Notes under the pieces: generated by a model
Told to the model about the DNA's origin: nothing
The model's input: the letters and a program-made list of their open reading frames with translations, nothing else
The model's database searches: none
Shown: piece by piece, positions 1 to 13,000 of the stretch
How positions within the stretch are numbered: position 1 is the stretch's first letter
How the letters are laid out: every line of letters starts with the position of its first letter
NCBI RefSeq assembly: GCF_006345805.1
Contig: NC_043001.1
Location: forward strand, 120,032,001 to 120,096,000
Source of the DNA: Octopus sinensis
Lineage: Eukaryota
Length of the DNA stretch: 64,000 nucleotides
Direction: 5' to 3'
Made by a program: the position numbers and the translations under genes

Positions 1-217
1 TTACTTCTATCAGCTTTATATATGAAAATAATGAACTGAATTTAATGGAATTTAACAATATTTACTTCAGACTAATTTAACATATTTCTTTTTGCGTATA
101 CATATTCATACATACATACACACACGTACACCCACACACAAACACATACACATATGCGTATGCATATGTATGTATGTATGTATGGATGGATGGATGGATT
201 TATGTATGTATATACAC

Positions 218-355
218 ATGGCCTTGTAGTTAAGGTGTTGGGCTCACGATTATGGGGTAGTAGTTTGACTACCACACTGGTCGGCCCGTTGTATCTTTGA
301 AGAAAGCACTATTTTCAATTCACTCAGCAGTAAATGAGTACATGTGATCGACAGG
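218..355 (+). mobile_element. Degenerate tRNA-derived CORE-like SINE (family C)
   Basis: A-box-like head tggccttgtagttaagg and segment ttgaagaaagcactattt...ttcactcagcagtaaatgagt; resembles the better copy at 45880. Confidence 0.55.
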
Positions 356-364
356 TGACTCTTA

Positions 365-566
365 CTCTCAATTGTATCAACGCACGGAAACAGGATAAGC
401 TCCAGTGACATCTGCCTTTTCTCCAGATGTCACTCCAAAACCTTTGACTTTTATTGTTATCTGGTATCAGCTTTTCATCTGTACACTCTCCATTTATTTC
501 TTTATTGAATCTCTTCTCATCTACTCTGAATAACCTATTCTGGTGGCAACCCTCCATTCTTTGGTC

Positions 567-567
<1 letters not shown>
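365..567 (-). mobile_element. R4/Dong-type LINE fragment (region upstream of RT)
   Basis: Minus-strand peptide PDNNKSQRFWSDIW resembles the pre-RT region of R4/Dong elements; abuts (TAA)n. Confidence 0.55.
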
Positions 568-635
<68 letters not shown>

Positions 636-650
636 TATTATTATTATTAT
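568..650. repeat. (TAA/TTA)n microsatellite, tail or target of Dong LINE
   Basis: Seen directly; lies between two LINE fragments. Confidence 0.95.
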
Positions 651-2255
651 TTTTATTTTGTGTATTATGAAAGACTCTCGGATAGTTCTGAATTACCGGT
701 TATTCTTTACTTGAAAGCAGGTAATACCAAATCACGAAAGGCTTCGAGTAGTGCCTTCTCTTATGACTCAAAGAGACAATACTCTCCTTAGAATGCGAGC
801 TGTACCCAACAATACTGTCTCCTGGATCACCTCGAGCCTGACAGCAGCTCCAGTATCCTTAATATGTTTTTCAAAGTCCTTGGAAACTGCTCCTAATGCT
901 CCAATTACCACCGGTATCACCATTACTTTCCTCATGCCTCATAACTTTGTTATCTCGTCCCGCAGTGTCTGGTATTTCTCTATCTTTTCTGTTTCCTTAC
1001 CTTTCACCCTCGAATCGCCTGCTATTGCAACATCTATTATCTTTACTTCTTTTTCATCTTTATGAATAAGCACAATATCTGGTCGTCTCACCTCTATACT
1101 TAGTCGCACTGTTAAAATCCCAGAGTATTTTGTAATGTTCCTTTTCCATTACACCCTCTGGCTTATGTTCCTACCATTGTTCGGCTCTTTTACAGTTTGC
1201 TTTACTGCAAAACAGCCAGTGAACATATCTGGCCACATTGTCGTGTTTACTTTTGTATTCACGTTGTGCGAGCTTACAGTACTCACTAACAATATGGCTT
1301 ATACTTTCTCCCTTCTCAGAGCATATCCTGCACAGTGGCAAGTCAGTGTTTTTATCAATGTGATATTTAGAATAGTTTGTTCAGAGAGCTTGTTTTTGAG
1401 CGCTGCAGTGGGTCCTTTTAAGTCTCCTTTCTGCAGCCATTGCCAGGTTCTATTCCAATCAATCTCATCTTTATTTTCCAAGAACTGACTGTGCATTTTC
1501 TTGTCCTGACAAATTTTCTTCATCTGCTCTCTCTCTGGTCTTTTTAAAATTGTGTTGGATCTACGGCTTCGTTCACTTTTAAGATTCCCTGCATTTTCAC
1601 TGTTTCGATCATTTCTTCATTACTCCTCTTCACATACCAAGCCAGACTATTCTCTTCTTCCCCTACACAACCTTTACAACATACTAGTCCCCTTCCTCCT
1701 TTCCTCTTTACATACAATCTTGAGACATTACTCATGGGATGCAGTTCCTTACTCATTGTCATTTGTTCTCCAATCTATCTCTTGTAATTCATGCTTCTTC
1801 TAAGATACTATTCCTGCTCCATATCCCATCAAAGAAACAGCCCCACCTGTTAATTCCTCTAATCTTATAGCGGCCATTTAGCTTCGATTGGAGCACAAAC
1901 CGGGTTCTCCTCAAACACTCTTTCCTATATATTTCTTTCATCTTGTGCTCATTCATCTTACCTCTTTCAATGATACCCAGGTACTTATAACTTTCCTCTC
2001 CGACTTCCTTTATAGTTTCACCACTTTCCAGCTTGATCCCATGGCTTTTACTGATTTCCCCCATTTTGAGAATCATTACACCACATTTCACGATCCCAAG
2101 TTCCACGCCAATATCTTTGCTAATCATCTGCACAGTTGCCGTCAAACTTTCAATTTCTTTTTCAGTCTTAGGTCATCCATAAACCACAGGTTGTTAACTT
2201 TCACCCTGCCTAGCATCTACTCCACACACATCTTTCTTAAAACGCTCATTAATAG
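651..2255 (-). mobile_element. 5'-truncated, decayed R4/Dong-clade LINE (RT end, zinc knuckle, RLE endonuclease)
   Basis: Minus strand reads NNLWFMDDL (RT catalytic motif, ~2170-2200), YKYLGI, RLYVKRKGGRGL, RRPDIVLI...IIDVAIAGDSRV...EKIEKY (PD-D/ExK nuclease) and LLGTARILR; stops and frameshifts; (TAA)n at both ends. Confidence 0.9.
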
Positions 2256-2265
2256 AGTATGCCAC

Positions 2266-2311
<46 letters not shown>

Positions 2312-2337
2312 TATTATTATTATTATATTATTATTAT

Positions 2338-2470
2338 TAATTCTGCCGAGATCAACTTTGCTTTTCATCCTTTCGGGGTCGATGAATTAAGTACCAGTTA
2401 AGTACTGGGGTCGATGTGATCGACTATCCCCCTCCCCTGAAATTCTAGGCCTTGTACCTAAATTAGAAAT
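2338..2470 (+). mobile_element. SINE family A, 5'-truncated
   Basis: Shared core ttttcatcctttcggggtcgatgaattaagtaccag; follows (TTA)n. Confidence 0.8.
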
Positions 2471-3572
2471 GATTATTTTAATTGGTTTTGTAGTTTTTAT
2501 TATCATTACTGTCATTATTATTATAAGATTGCGCGTAGGAAGAAAATGCAATACGAATTATGATTTAGTTTACAATACTAAATCATACAAAACTGAATGT
2601 AATAAAAACAAAATGTATAACTGTAGAAATATATAGTGAAATGACTATAAAATGTTTTAAATATTCGTGAAGGATGTCAATATCTAGTTTGTGTGACAGT
2701 TTATGACTAATAGTTCCTCGCATGCACTGTAATGTGTAAGTGTGTGTGTGTGTGTGTGTTGCCATGTATGTATAGTATCTTCTACTATAAAGTGATTAGT
2801 GAATTTCAATGAAATTAATTTTCGTTTACGAGAGCAAATAGTGAATAACTATTGACAGCTACTCATTTCATCAACCTCTGATGGTGGAAAAGCAGAGCTA
2901 ACGTTGTAAAAATAAATACGCTAAAGTATGCTATGTTACATGTATTTCAGTGACTGTCTTACTTTTTCTGTCACTAAATAAGCAGCGGCCAAATGTTTAT
3001 TTAAATCCTGCCTCTTAGTGTGATGATAATATCTTACAATAGCATAAAACCAGAAATTTGGGAGGTGGTGTGAACTGATTTAATCGCCTTCAGTATCTGA
3101 CTTTGTGTTATCGACTCCGGACGTATGAAAGACAAAGTTGCTGTAGACGCTATTTGAACTCACAAAATCAAACATACTGAAGGTATGAAGAACAAGAGGA
3201 GCATCTAAAACAGTAGGATCCGTCGTATTCGCGAAACAAATTACTTAATTTCATAATAAATAATCTAGATATTGTTTATATCTGTTAATGAAATTGTATT
3301 GATTTTAACAATCAATTTCGTATTAGAATTGCCGAGGTTGTTTATTATAGGGTGTTAAAAAAATTATTTATTAATTAAAAAATAATAATTTTATTTATTT
3401 TGTTTTTATATTGGAGACTCCATCGATTTAGTATTTTTATTTGTTGATTTAGTAATAGTGGAATGTGTAGCTGAAAACCAAGAGTTAGTATCGTATATTG
3501 TATGAAAATATATTTTTCAATTTGGTTTAAAAGGCACATTTGATATGAAGAAGAAAACAGTTCATGCACCCC

Positions 3573-3808
3573 AAGGCGGTGAGCTGGCGGAAACGTTAGC
3601 ACGCTGGGCGAAATGCTTTGCGGTATTTCGTCTGCCGCTACATTCTGAGTTCAAATTCCGCCTAGGTCGATTTAGCCTTTCATCCTTTCGGGGTCGATTA
3701 AATAAGTACCAGTTACGCACTGGGGTCAATATAATCGACTTAATCCGTTTGTCTGTCCTTGTTTGTCCTCTCTGTGTTTAGTCCCTTGTGGGTAGTAAAG
3801 AAATAGGT
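3573..3808 (+). mobile_element. Full-length tRNA-derived SINE family A with target-site duplication
   Basis: Head ggcggtgagctggcggaaacg (A box), gagttcaaattcc (B box), core gcctttcatcctttcggggtcg; flanking direct repeat tcatgcaccccaag. Confidence 0.92.
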
Positions 3809-4204
3809 CATGCACCCCAAGTTTTCTTTCCGTGCATATCTCTGTTAGCAAGTAAAATCTGCCAAACAGCCTGAACAAAATCGAATGGATAATGTGTTAG
3901 TTCAGAAGATAAGGACCAAATTTATAAAATAATTAAACAATAGATTACCTGTAAAAACCGCACCAATAATCTATATTATTAATATTCTTATTATTATCAC
4001 TTTTGGTGTAGGTACACCATGTTGGTTCCGGAAGGTTTCTTAAATTTTGTTGAAAACAATTTCTTTATTGGTGCGAATCTTTGTTAAAACTTTGAATAAA
4101 GTCCCCTGATTTAATGGGTGAAGAGAGGAAGTGCCATATTATGTCCTAAAGGGTACAATGTTTCCGAAATTTTATTTATTCTCCTGTTATATTTTCTTTT
4201 GGAA

Positions 4205-4279
4205 TTGGTTTCAAATTTTGGCACACTGTCAGCAATTTCGGGGAAGCGTGTAAGTCGATTACATCGACCCCAGGGCTCA

Positions 4280-4310
<31 letters not shown>

Positions 4311-4482
4311 CTTCTTCTTCTTCTTCTTCTTCTTCTTCTTCTTCTTCTTCTTGTGAGTGCGCGCGCGCGTGCAAGTTTAATCAACCTCAAAAAGACGAGA
4401 GGTAGAGTTGATATCGGTGGAGTTTGAACTCAGACGTAAAGACGGATAAAATGCCGCCGAGCATTCTGCCAGTTCACCGCCC
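4205..4482 (-). mobile_element. SINE family A interrupted by a (TTC)n expansion
   Basis: SINE halves (gtaagtcgattacatcgacccc and tttgaactcagacgtaaagacgg) flank (TTC)n at ~4281-4352. Confidence 0.75.
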
Positions 4483-6139
4483 TCATTTTCTGTTGGAACT
4501 ACAGAATTAGTAACGCCTAATATCAGATTTGGTGACAAGGCGGCGGCAAGAAGAAAGATTCACACCGCTACTAATTTCAAATAATTCCCGTTTCTTTTAG
4601 TTTTCGGGATTAAAAATCTGTTCTCTCTGTGAGCCATTGGAATGTTGTCTCTGATTACATTAGTTCGTTATTAGATATTTACCTGTACTTTAAAACTGCC
4701 TCATATTACTACCCGTCAGTTTATCGTTGAAGTTATACAACACCCAGTATTCCTACATATGCTCTAGTCAGTTAGTCTCTTGCAGTAATAGTTAAACCAT
4801 CTTTCATTGATAAGGTCTGAAAGACCGAGACATGTCCACAGTTGTCATCCAATTACTAATGATAAGACTATCTCTTCATTGTAATGTATCTTTTTCACTT
4901 CATTGCAATTCTGGGGTTATTTCCCTTGCCTATCTTGACCAGAACTACTCTATTTACTGCAGGTGCAATTCTAATAAATTAAATTTTTCGTTTTACTACA
5001 TTAATTATGTTTGTTCTTACTTTACTGATTAGGTAATAAAGTTTACACGTAGACAACTATAAGCAGTTTCAAAGTTCAATTTTGAGAAATATTCTCTTTT
5101 TAATGTAAATGCCCAAGCTAATGAGAGCACATACTCTTACAGTTTGTACTAAGCCAACACAAGCCAACAAGGTGAAACCCACGACCTCGGCTTCAAGTTT
5201 CCAGGATCGTTCTATGAGCTTGAAATAGAGGTAAAATCTTTCTCAAACCACATTATGACACATTGTATGATTTAATCTGATAAGCAATATTCTTGTAAGT
5301 GATGAATAAATTGGGTTAGCCGTGGCTGTGACATCTTTGTCTAAAGATTTGTTCACGGCTAACTTGGGGTTAAGCAACAACATCTACTACTACAACCTAA
5401 TGTTGTAGCAGTTATTCTATAAAGAACTGTTTTTATCCCACTGTATACAGTTATTGCTCTATCAGATATATCTCGGTAATAGCATTACTACTATCTGGAA
5501 TACATTTAACATACTTCATATAAGTACAGCTTCGTGCTGATTAGAATTACGCTAAGCTTGCTCAGTTAATGAAGTCTATAGCTGCAACACCTGAAATCAG
5601 TATTAAAGCAAATCTTAAGTAGAAAATCGACGCTAATAATCAATACCCAACTTTAAAACCAAATCTAAATTCACCAACCACAAAATATATCAAATAGTTA
5701 TTAAGAATATAACCAATAGGAAAAGCTCGTGAGTATGCAACACTGACAGACAGGCGCCGCGGCAATGGCGGACTGAAGTACGTAAATACATTGCACTGTA
5801 CTAAAACAGCAACTTATAACAGAATTTATGGGGAATAGATTTTCCATGCAGAGTAAAGACATATTTAGTTTTTATTTACCAACAACAACTCGCTCTTGCT
5901 AAATATATTTCTGCACAGATCCTTGATAATGTATATAAGATACTGAAAACGTTAGGAGCAACGTGATCATCGATTATATGTTTTATTGATTTTCTACCAA
6001 ACGATAGAGAAATGTTTCACTCTTATTAACAAGAGATTTGGCAGAAAGTTTAGTCATTCAACTTTTCCTGCATTTATACTCCTTTTACTGTTTATACACT
6101 TTTCATACATATTTCTTTTCAAATTTCTATCTGATTGTA

Positions 6140-6324
6140 TCTTCTTCTTCTTCTTCTTCTTCTTCTTCTTCTTCTTCTTCTTCTTCTTCTTCTTCTTCTT
6201 CTTCTTCTTCTTCTTCTTCTTCTTCTTCTTCTTCTTCTTCTTCTTCTTCTTCTTCTTCTTCTTCTTCTTCTTCTTCTTCTTCTTCTTCTTCTTCTTCTTC
6301 TTCTTCTTCTTCTTCTTCTTCTTC
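6140..6324. repeat. Long (TTC/GAA)n microsatellite
   Basis: About 60 uninterrupted units; source of the poly-F/S/L/K/E ORFs. Confidence 0.98.
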
Positions 6325-8624
6325 ATGAGAGTGTGCGCGCGCGTGCAAGCTTGTATGCATGTGTTAAATACGTATGGATAGATACAAAAGTCCATACATA
6401 CACATATACATACACATGCTGTATGCATATGTGTGCGTATATATGTGTGTGCGTGTCTGTGATTTGCATTAAGACAGCTGAATGAATATAAATGTATGAA
6501 GCTAGTATTAGTATTAGTATTAGTATTATCCCCGAGTACATAATGTGGGGAAACTAACTTCAAAATATATTTACTACTGATAAAGGAATGCATCTTTCTT
6601 GTTTTTATAAATTGCTGTATTTCTTAAGTCTGTTGATGTAGGATATAAAGATGTCACCTATATCTAAAAGTCCTAAGTGAATTAAATATCCTTAACCAGG
6701 ATCGACTATTAATGAATTATTTTATGCATTCTGTAATTTATTCTTTATCATTGATTATATCACCACTTCAAGAATACTCTCAGTTGAATGACATAAAAAC
6801 TGAGAGGCGAGAGGTGACTCTCAGCTGTTTAGAAGCTGAGACCATTTCTAGTTCATAGTGATACCTTGTGATGCAAAAGAATTAAAATATAATTTAGAAT
6901 TTAGAATATAACAGTATTCGAAGATTTTATGATTGGGAACTGTAAGGTATTTCATTAGTCTTTTATATGAGCATAATTGTATCAAAAGTTTGAATTAGTT
7001 TTAATCAGATATTGAACATGTCACAATCTCGACATGTTAGCAACTTACAAAGTCTTCTTCTTAAATATGAATATTGTTCAGTCACAAAAGGTCTTCGTAT
7101 TACAACAAGAACGTTCCGTAAATCTTAATAAATTGTTGGCTTTCCATAGTATGAGCAAGTGAGTTCGACGGAGTCCTTCTCTCTTGAGAATACTGATCAA
7201 GACCGGAAAACGTGGATACCTGAAGTGTAATGGTACTATGAGAAGCAAAACTGCGTTACACACAAGATTCACTGTGTTTTTGCTACTCACAAGAGAAAAA
7301 TAAGGAATATACAATGTTCGTCTGACATAGGAACCATCTGCAACGTGAAATTAGTACGATGATGCAGAAATCATACAAGAGCAGTGTTTCCGATTGCGTC
7401 GTGTCATCCAAAGCGTATCAAGATAGAATATTCTGAAGGTCAGTAGATAAGAATGGCATAGATCGTTTACTATTTCATGTGGGTCAGCCACATACAGTAC
7501 AAACTTGTGGTGGTTTTGGTGGTGGTGGTGGTGGTAGCAGTGGCGGTGATAATGGTAAGAAAAAATACCAGTCATTTATGAAAGATTGTGCCAAACCTAA
7601 ACAACATCCTTATATATTTTTGTCATTTTCAAACGTATTCAGTGTTATTACAATTTTGGCAACAATATCATTTTCTTTAAACTTATGTTTTTGAACCTCT
7701 CTCTCCATAAACTGAACCAGGCTAGCCTGATCTTAGATCAGTGGATGATGTACTTCTCAAGAGATATCAGATATCATACAGGATTTAATTAACTCTCCTT
7801 CGTTTCTGCTATTTCATTCATACGCAGAATTCTGTGGCCCATAACAGCTTACGAATTATTACATCATATACACTGCTGTCAGATTTTTCATGTTTCATAT
7901 GATTATTAGCAAACTAGCTCGAACTAACAGTTGTGAAACAAAATTCTCTATAACACCTTACGATAATTTCAGAGTTTTACTGTTGGTTAGTCAAACTAAA
8001 CTGTTGCTGTACATCATGATAACAATACGAATATTATATTTTAACATCTCCAGGACACGCAATAGAGTAATTATACTAAAAAGGATTCGGCAGATTCTTT
8101 ATGGAGGAATATCTGTTTGGCAATAACGGAATACTCAGGAGGTCTATACGTAGTCAATTACTACATTTGCTTCTCTCTCTCTTCATCTCTTCTTTTTCTT
8201 GTGGGGAATAAAAAGACAGACACAAACACACATAATCACGTGTGCGTGTATGCAAGAGGATATATATGTACGAGTGCGTATCGATATATAATATATATAT
8301 ATATATATATATCGATATTTTGGGCAATTACAGTCTCTGTCAGCATATATGTATACAATTATGTCCTTTAACTACAGCATTATAGCATTTTGGCTCTTAT
8401 TGATAGCAATGTATGTGTTTTAACACCCTTAGTCGCATTTAGTGACAATTATGGTCACACATTTGTGGTAACACATTGCGCATGGCTGTTTATGTTAATT
8501 TACACACACACATACACACATATATAGGTTCAAGATAGCGTAAAACGTGTGTATGGATATAGAATGTATAGCATAGCGCAAATTATATATATATATATAT
8601 TAATACATATATACATATTCATAT

Positions 8625-8662
<38 letters not shown>

Positions 8663-8699
8663 ATAGGATTAGCTCGTATACGAGTAGGTATAATATTTG

Positions 8700-9932
8700 T
8701 AAAAATGAAGTTCGAAAATGCTGCTGTATTATACAATTTTTAATTTTTATATATACATTATAACATGTTTCAGTTCCTGAAATGAACCTTATCAAAAAAA
8801 GTTATATATAAAAAGAGACAGCTCATGCCGTCAAACACAAGAAATTCATTTATAATACACAACGGAGTCAGACATCTTAGAGTTCATGTATAGTTGATAT
8901 ATAGTTCATGTATAGTTGATATATAGTTTGAAGTATATGTTCAAAGTGTTCGATGCAGTGGCCCACGGTGGCGATACGTATTCAATACAAAAAACAGATC
9001 AAAGTGGTGGAAAGCGGTCAATACAGAAGATTGATGTTTCCGAAAGAGCGAGGAGTTCATTTTTACCTTAAGCAATTGTGATGACCCATGGTGGAAGTTC
9101 GCTGGGTGGTTCTAGTGGGTTTTTGTGAAATGCTCGGTTTTATAATGCCTGTTAGGTGGTCAATCTAGCGTAGCGTGACGTCATCAATGTTTTGACCAAT
9201 CGTTTCGTTAGGTGGCTTTAATCAAGTGGAACGGGACGTCATCATTATTTTGACCAATCGCTGCATTATAACTCCCTCTTGTTTGTTTCCTGTTTTGACC
9301 AGTCGCTTCGTTAGTCAAGCATAGCGGGACGTCATCCAGATTCTGCCCAATCACGACTTATAGCTACATTAGATCTGCCCCCTGTCTGTACTTGTCAGGT
9401 GACTATTCAAGCAGAAAAGGACGTCATCAATATTCTGACTAATGACTGTCCCCTGTTTGTATCCTGTCCATTCTAGCAGAGCTAGACGTCATCAACTTGT
9501 TGACCAATCAGAACCGGGTCTGACCCTTAGCTGTATCGTATGTATCAGGGTCAGATTTGCACGAAATAATTTTTTTCCTTTTTTACTAAGGCATATTTCC
9601 GTCAGAGTGAGTGTCTGTTTGAAGTAGCGGCCGTGGTGAAATTTGGTTCTCCTTTTCGGAGGACTTATCTTTTGTTTTAGTATTCCTGGCCCAGGGTGTT
9701 TAAACTTGGTCTAAATTTTTTTATGAAATATAGTTCTTTATTTTGGCGTTGTGTGAAGGTTGCGTTGTCACTGAATTTATAGAGCGGGTTAGTTGTAAAT
9801 TTCGGATTTACATTTCCAGCACATCTATCTATGTGTCCGCTGACCGGTATTTTGCGGTAATCAGGGTTTCTAATTTGTGATTTATGCACCGCCATCCTGT
9901 TACGTAAGCTATTTTTTGTATGGCCTATATAC

Positions 9933-9935
<3 letters not shown>
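8700..9935 (-). mobile_element. Penelope-like element 3' end (GIY-YIG C-terminus and 3' region)
   Basis: Minus strand 9677-9910 reads LRNRMAVHKSQI...PVSGHIDRC...RQNKELYFIKKFRPSLN, typical of a PLE GIY-YIG C-terminus; degenerate hammerhead at 8761-8795; TA-repeat flanks. Confidence 0.75.
9176..9510. promoter_or_regulatory. Five copies of a GACGTCATC(A)-N6-TGACCAATC composite motif (CRE/ATF-like plus CCAAT)
   Basis: Units start at ~9177, 9235, 9328, 9420 and 9485 with identical spacing; function inferred. Confidence 0.5.
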
Positions 9936-10006
<71 letters not shown>

Positions 10007-10038
10007 ATATATATATAAACCGTATATGAATATGTATA

Positions 10039-10070
<32 letters not shown>

Positions 10071-10439
10071 AAAATAATAATAATAATAATAATATAATAA
10101 TAATATTAGGGAGTATAACTCCAAACTTACAGAGAAAAATTCAATTTAGTATTAAATAAAATTTCACAATATAATATATAAAATATAAATTAGAAATAAA
10201 ACTACTATTATGCAACTCTATGTTTCTTTTGCAGTACTGCTAAGTAACGGGGATGTAAACAAACTAATATTGGTTATCAAACGGTGATGGAGGATAAACA
10301 CAGATACAAAGACACGCACACACACACACACACACACACACGCGCGCACACGCACACACATATATTATGTATATGTTTGTTTATGCCTGTGTGTGTGTGC
10401 GGTTTCTGAGTGTGTGTATATACATGACATATTTCTTTC

Positions 10440-10583
10440 AATTTCAATCTACGAAATTCACTCACAAGGCTTTGGTCGGCTAGCGGCTATAGCAGAATTC
10501 ATTTGCCCAAGATACCACACAGTGGGACTGAACTTGGAACCAAGTGGCTGGGAAGCAAACTTCTGATGACACAGCCACGGCTG
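10440..10583 (-). mobile_element. SINE family B, 5' part
   Basis: Reverse complement of gtggctgtgt...ttgcttccca...cagtcccactg...cttgggcaa...ccaaagccttgtgagtg. Confidence 0.85.
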
Positions 10584-10963
10584 TATGCGTGAATGCATGT
10601 TCGTGTGTATATCTTTATGTATGGCTATCTAGCTACTGTGTATGTGTGTGAAAATACTTCGTTTAGTTTGAAAATTAATTCCCAGAAAAATTGCACACTT
10701 GTAAGTAGATCTTGAATAAGAAATTATATAGACGGCTCGTAACTCTAAAGTACTGTAAACTAGAAATGATAAGTAAACTAGAAATGATAATTTTGCAGCA
10801 GGGAGGGAGGTTGTAATCTGAATCCCGAAAGAGACTGGCTTCTCCTTTGTGGTTCAAAATGTACTTGGCTTTTAAACGGAATGGTAGTTTTAAAAATCTT
10901 TTAAAATTTATTAAAACGTATTGGTTTCAACAATATGTATGTATATATGCAATTATATATGCT

Positions 10964-10964
<1 letters not shown>

Positions 10965-11012
<48 letters not shown>

Positions 11013-11363
11013 TATAATATACATATACACAAATGTGTGTGTGTATGTATGTATGTATGTATGTATGTATGTATGTATGGATGTGTGTATGTATGTATGT
11101 ATGTATGTATGTTGTATGTATGTATGTATGTATGTATGTGGTGTTGTGTATGTATGTATGTATGTATGTATGTATGTATGTATGTGTGTATGTATGTATG
11201 TATGTATGTATGTATGTATGTATGTATGTATGTATGTATGTATGTATGTGTGTATGTATGTATGTATGTGTGTGTGTATGTATGTATGTATGTATGTATG
11301 TATGTATGTATGTGTGTATGTATGTATGTATGTATGTATGTATGTATGTATGTATGTGTGTGT
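10965..11363. repeat. (TA)n followed by long (TATG)n microsatellite
   Basis: Seen directly; explains the MYVC and HTYI repeat ORFs. Confidence 0.97.
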
Positions 11364-12106
11364 GATTGTTCTGATTGCAAGCTGGATGAAAAGTTCAACA
11401 GAAATATTGCTTGAAGTTTTCCAAATAAATGTCTCATTAACACAGAGTAACATTGATAATTAGCATGTTGTCTACTACAACAATAGCAAGAACAAACCCA
11501 GGCTGAACACTGACTTCTATTAAGCTTCTACAACAACAACAATCACCACGACGACGACGACGTCAACGAAGTTTAGTTAGACTGGTGAGGTTAACAGACT
11601 GCAACAACAACAACACCACCACCAAGAACAACAACAATAACAACAACAAAAACGTCTAATGAAGAAGCGATGATAACGGATTACCATAGGATTATGAAAT
11701 TGTAATTACTCTCATTGCGAAGTATAATGAGAAAAAAAAAGAGATTTAACATTCCCCGTTAATGAGAATTACGTCTAATTAGTTGGCTTTGCCAATTGAG
11801 CGATGTCGAGGTGAGACTAAACCAAGACGACTTCCACTCCATGGTGAATCGCATCACCATTTATACTATACTCGAGCTGTATCGGTCACAAATGATTCAG
11901 TTCATATCTGTCTTGTTTCCCTCGATCTTAACCTTTGCCTTATTTTCTTCTTTCATATGTTTTTCTTTTCTAGGTATTTTTTAAAACTTTACTTTCACTT
12001 TATTTACTCTCACTCATGTATTTTGTTATTTCTTCGTGATCCGCTACACACACACATGTATATGTGTGTATATATAATATATATAAATACATATATATCT
12101 GCGTCA

Positions 12107-12138
<32 letters not shown>

Positions 12139-12276
12139 ATGTATGTAAGGCTCTTTACGTTTTGACAGACGGTCTAAGCAGTGGAGAGTGTCTTAAATTT
12201 GTTACTGGTAGCCTTCTTCCTGCAGCTGCCCTCATGGCTGATCTCTCTTATGTTTGATAAGTAATCTATCTATTTA

Positions 12277-12350
<74 letters not shown>

Positions 12351-12355
<5 letters not shown>

Positions 12356-12603
12356 TATTAAATTAGAGACAAAACCACTATTAGGCAAATCATACAATGA
12401 AAAACTTAAGCCAATACATATGATTTATTTATATTATTTGAATATATAACAAAATTATTAAAAAAATATAATTAATATATTAATTATATGTTTTTAATAA
12501 TTTTGTTATATATTTAAATAATATAAATTAAATAATCTTATGTATTGGCTTAAGTTTTTCATTGTATGATTTGCCTAATAGTGGTTTTGTCTCTAATTTA
12601 ATA

Positions 12604-12608
<5 letters not shown>
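12351..12608. repeat. Spacer-less ~258-bp palindrome inside (TA)n
   Basis: Outer 70 bp of the arms are exact reverse complements; centre aattaata|tattaatt at 12477/12478. Confidence 0.95.
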
Positions 12609-12636
<28 letters not shown>

Positions 12637-12639
<3 letters not shown>

Positions 12640-12785
12640 AGGTTTTCCTAAAGTCTGGACACATAGGCAAAATGTATATTTTCAAGAAATACACGTAAAA
12701 TTTTCAACAACATTTTATTGAATTAGAATATTCGCAAATAACATATTCCATATCATTTTCACAATTTGTGATGCAAAGGTCGATG
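12637..12785 (-). mobile_element. Tc1/mariner terminal fragment
   Basis: TA followed by caaggttttcctaaagtc, resembling a CAGGGTGTCCCAAAAG-type TIR; no transposase core. Confidence 0.4.
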
Positions 12786-12794
12786 TGTGTGTAA

Positions 12795-13000
12795 GTGCAT
12801 GTATATGTGTGACCGCGTGTGCATCGTTGGCGATTTTTTTCCTGCATCTTCCCTTCCTTGGATCTTTCGTTTTCCTATGTTTCTGACGAAGAGCTCCGCT
12901 CGAAACGTTAAATCGCCCTTCTTTCTTTCCTTTCCTGGGCATCCAATAACACTATACTTGTTCCACGTCCTCGCGTTGTTGTGTTTTCATGTTTGGATTA

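Noticed and set aside
5986-6593. Poly-K/E/F/S/L ORFs here and at 41596-41938 and 50128-50754
   Set aside because: Translations of trinucleotide microsatellites
7339-7432. Additional upstream exon for the minus-strand chain
   Set aside because: Implied intron is only ~39 nt, probably too short
10901-11463. HTYI and MYVC repeat ORFs
   Set aside because: Translations of (TATG)n
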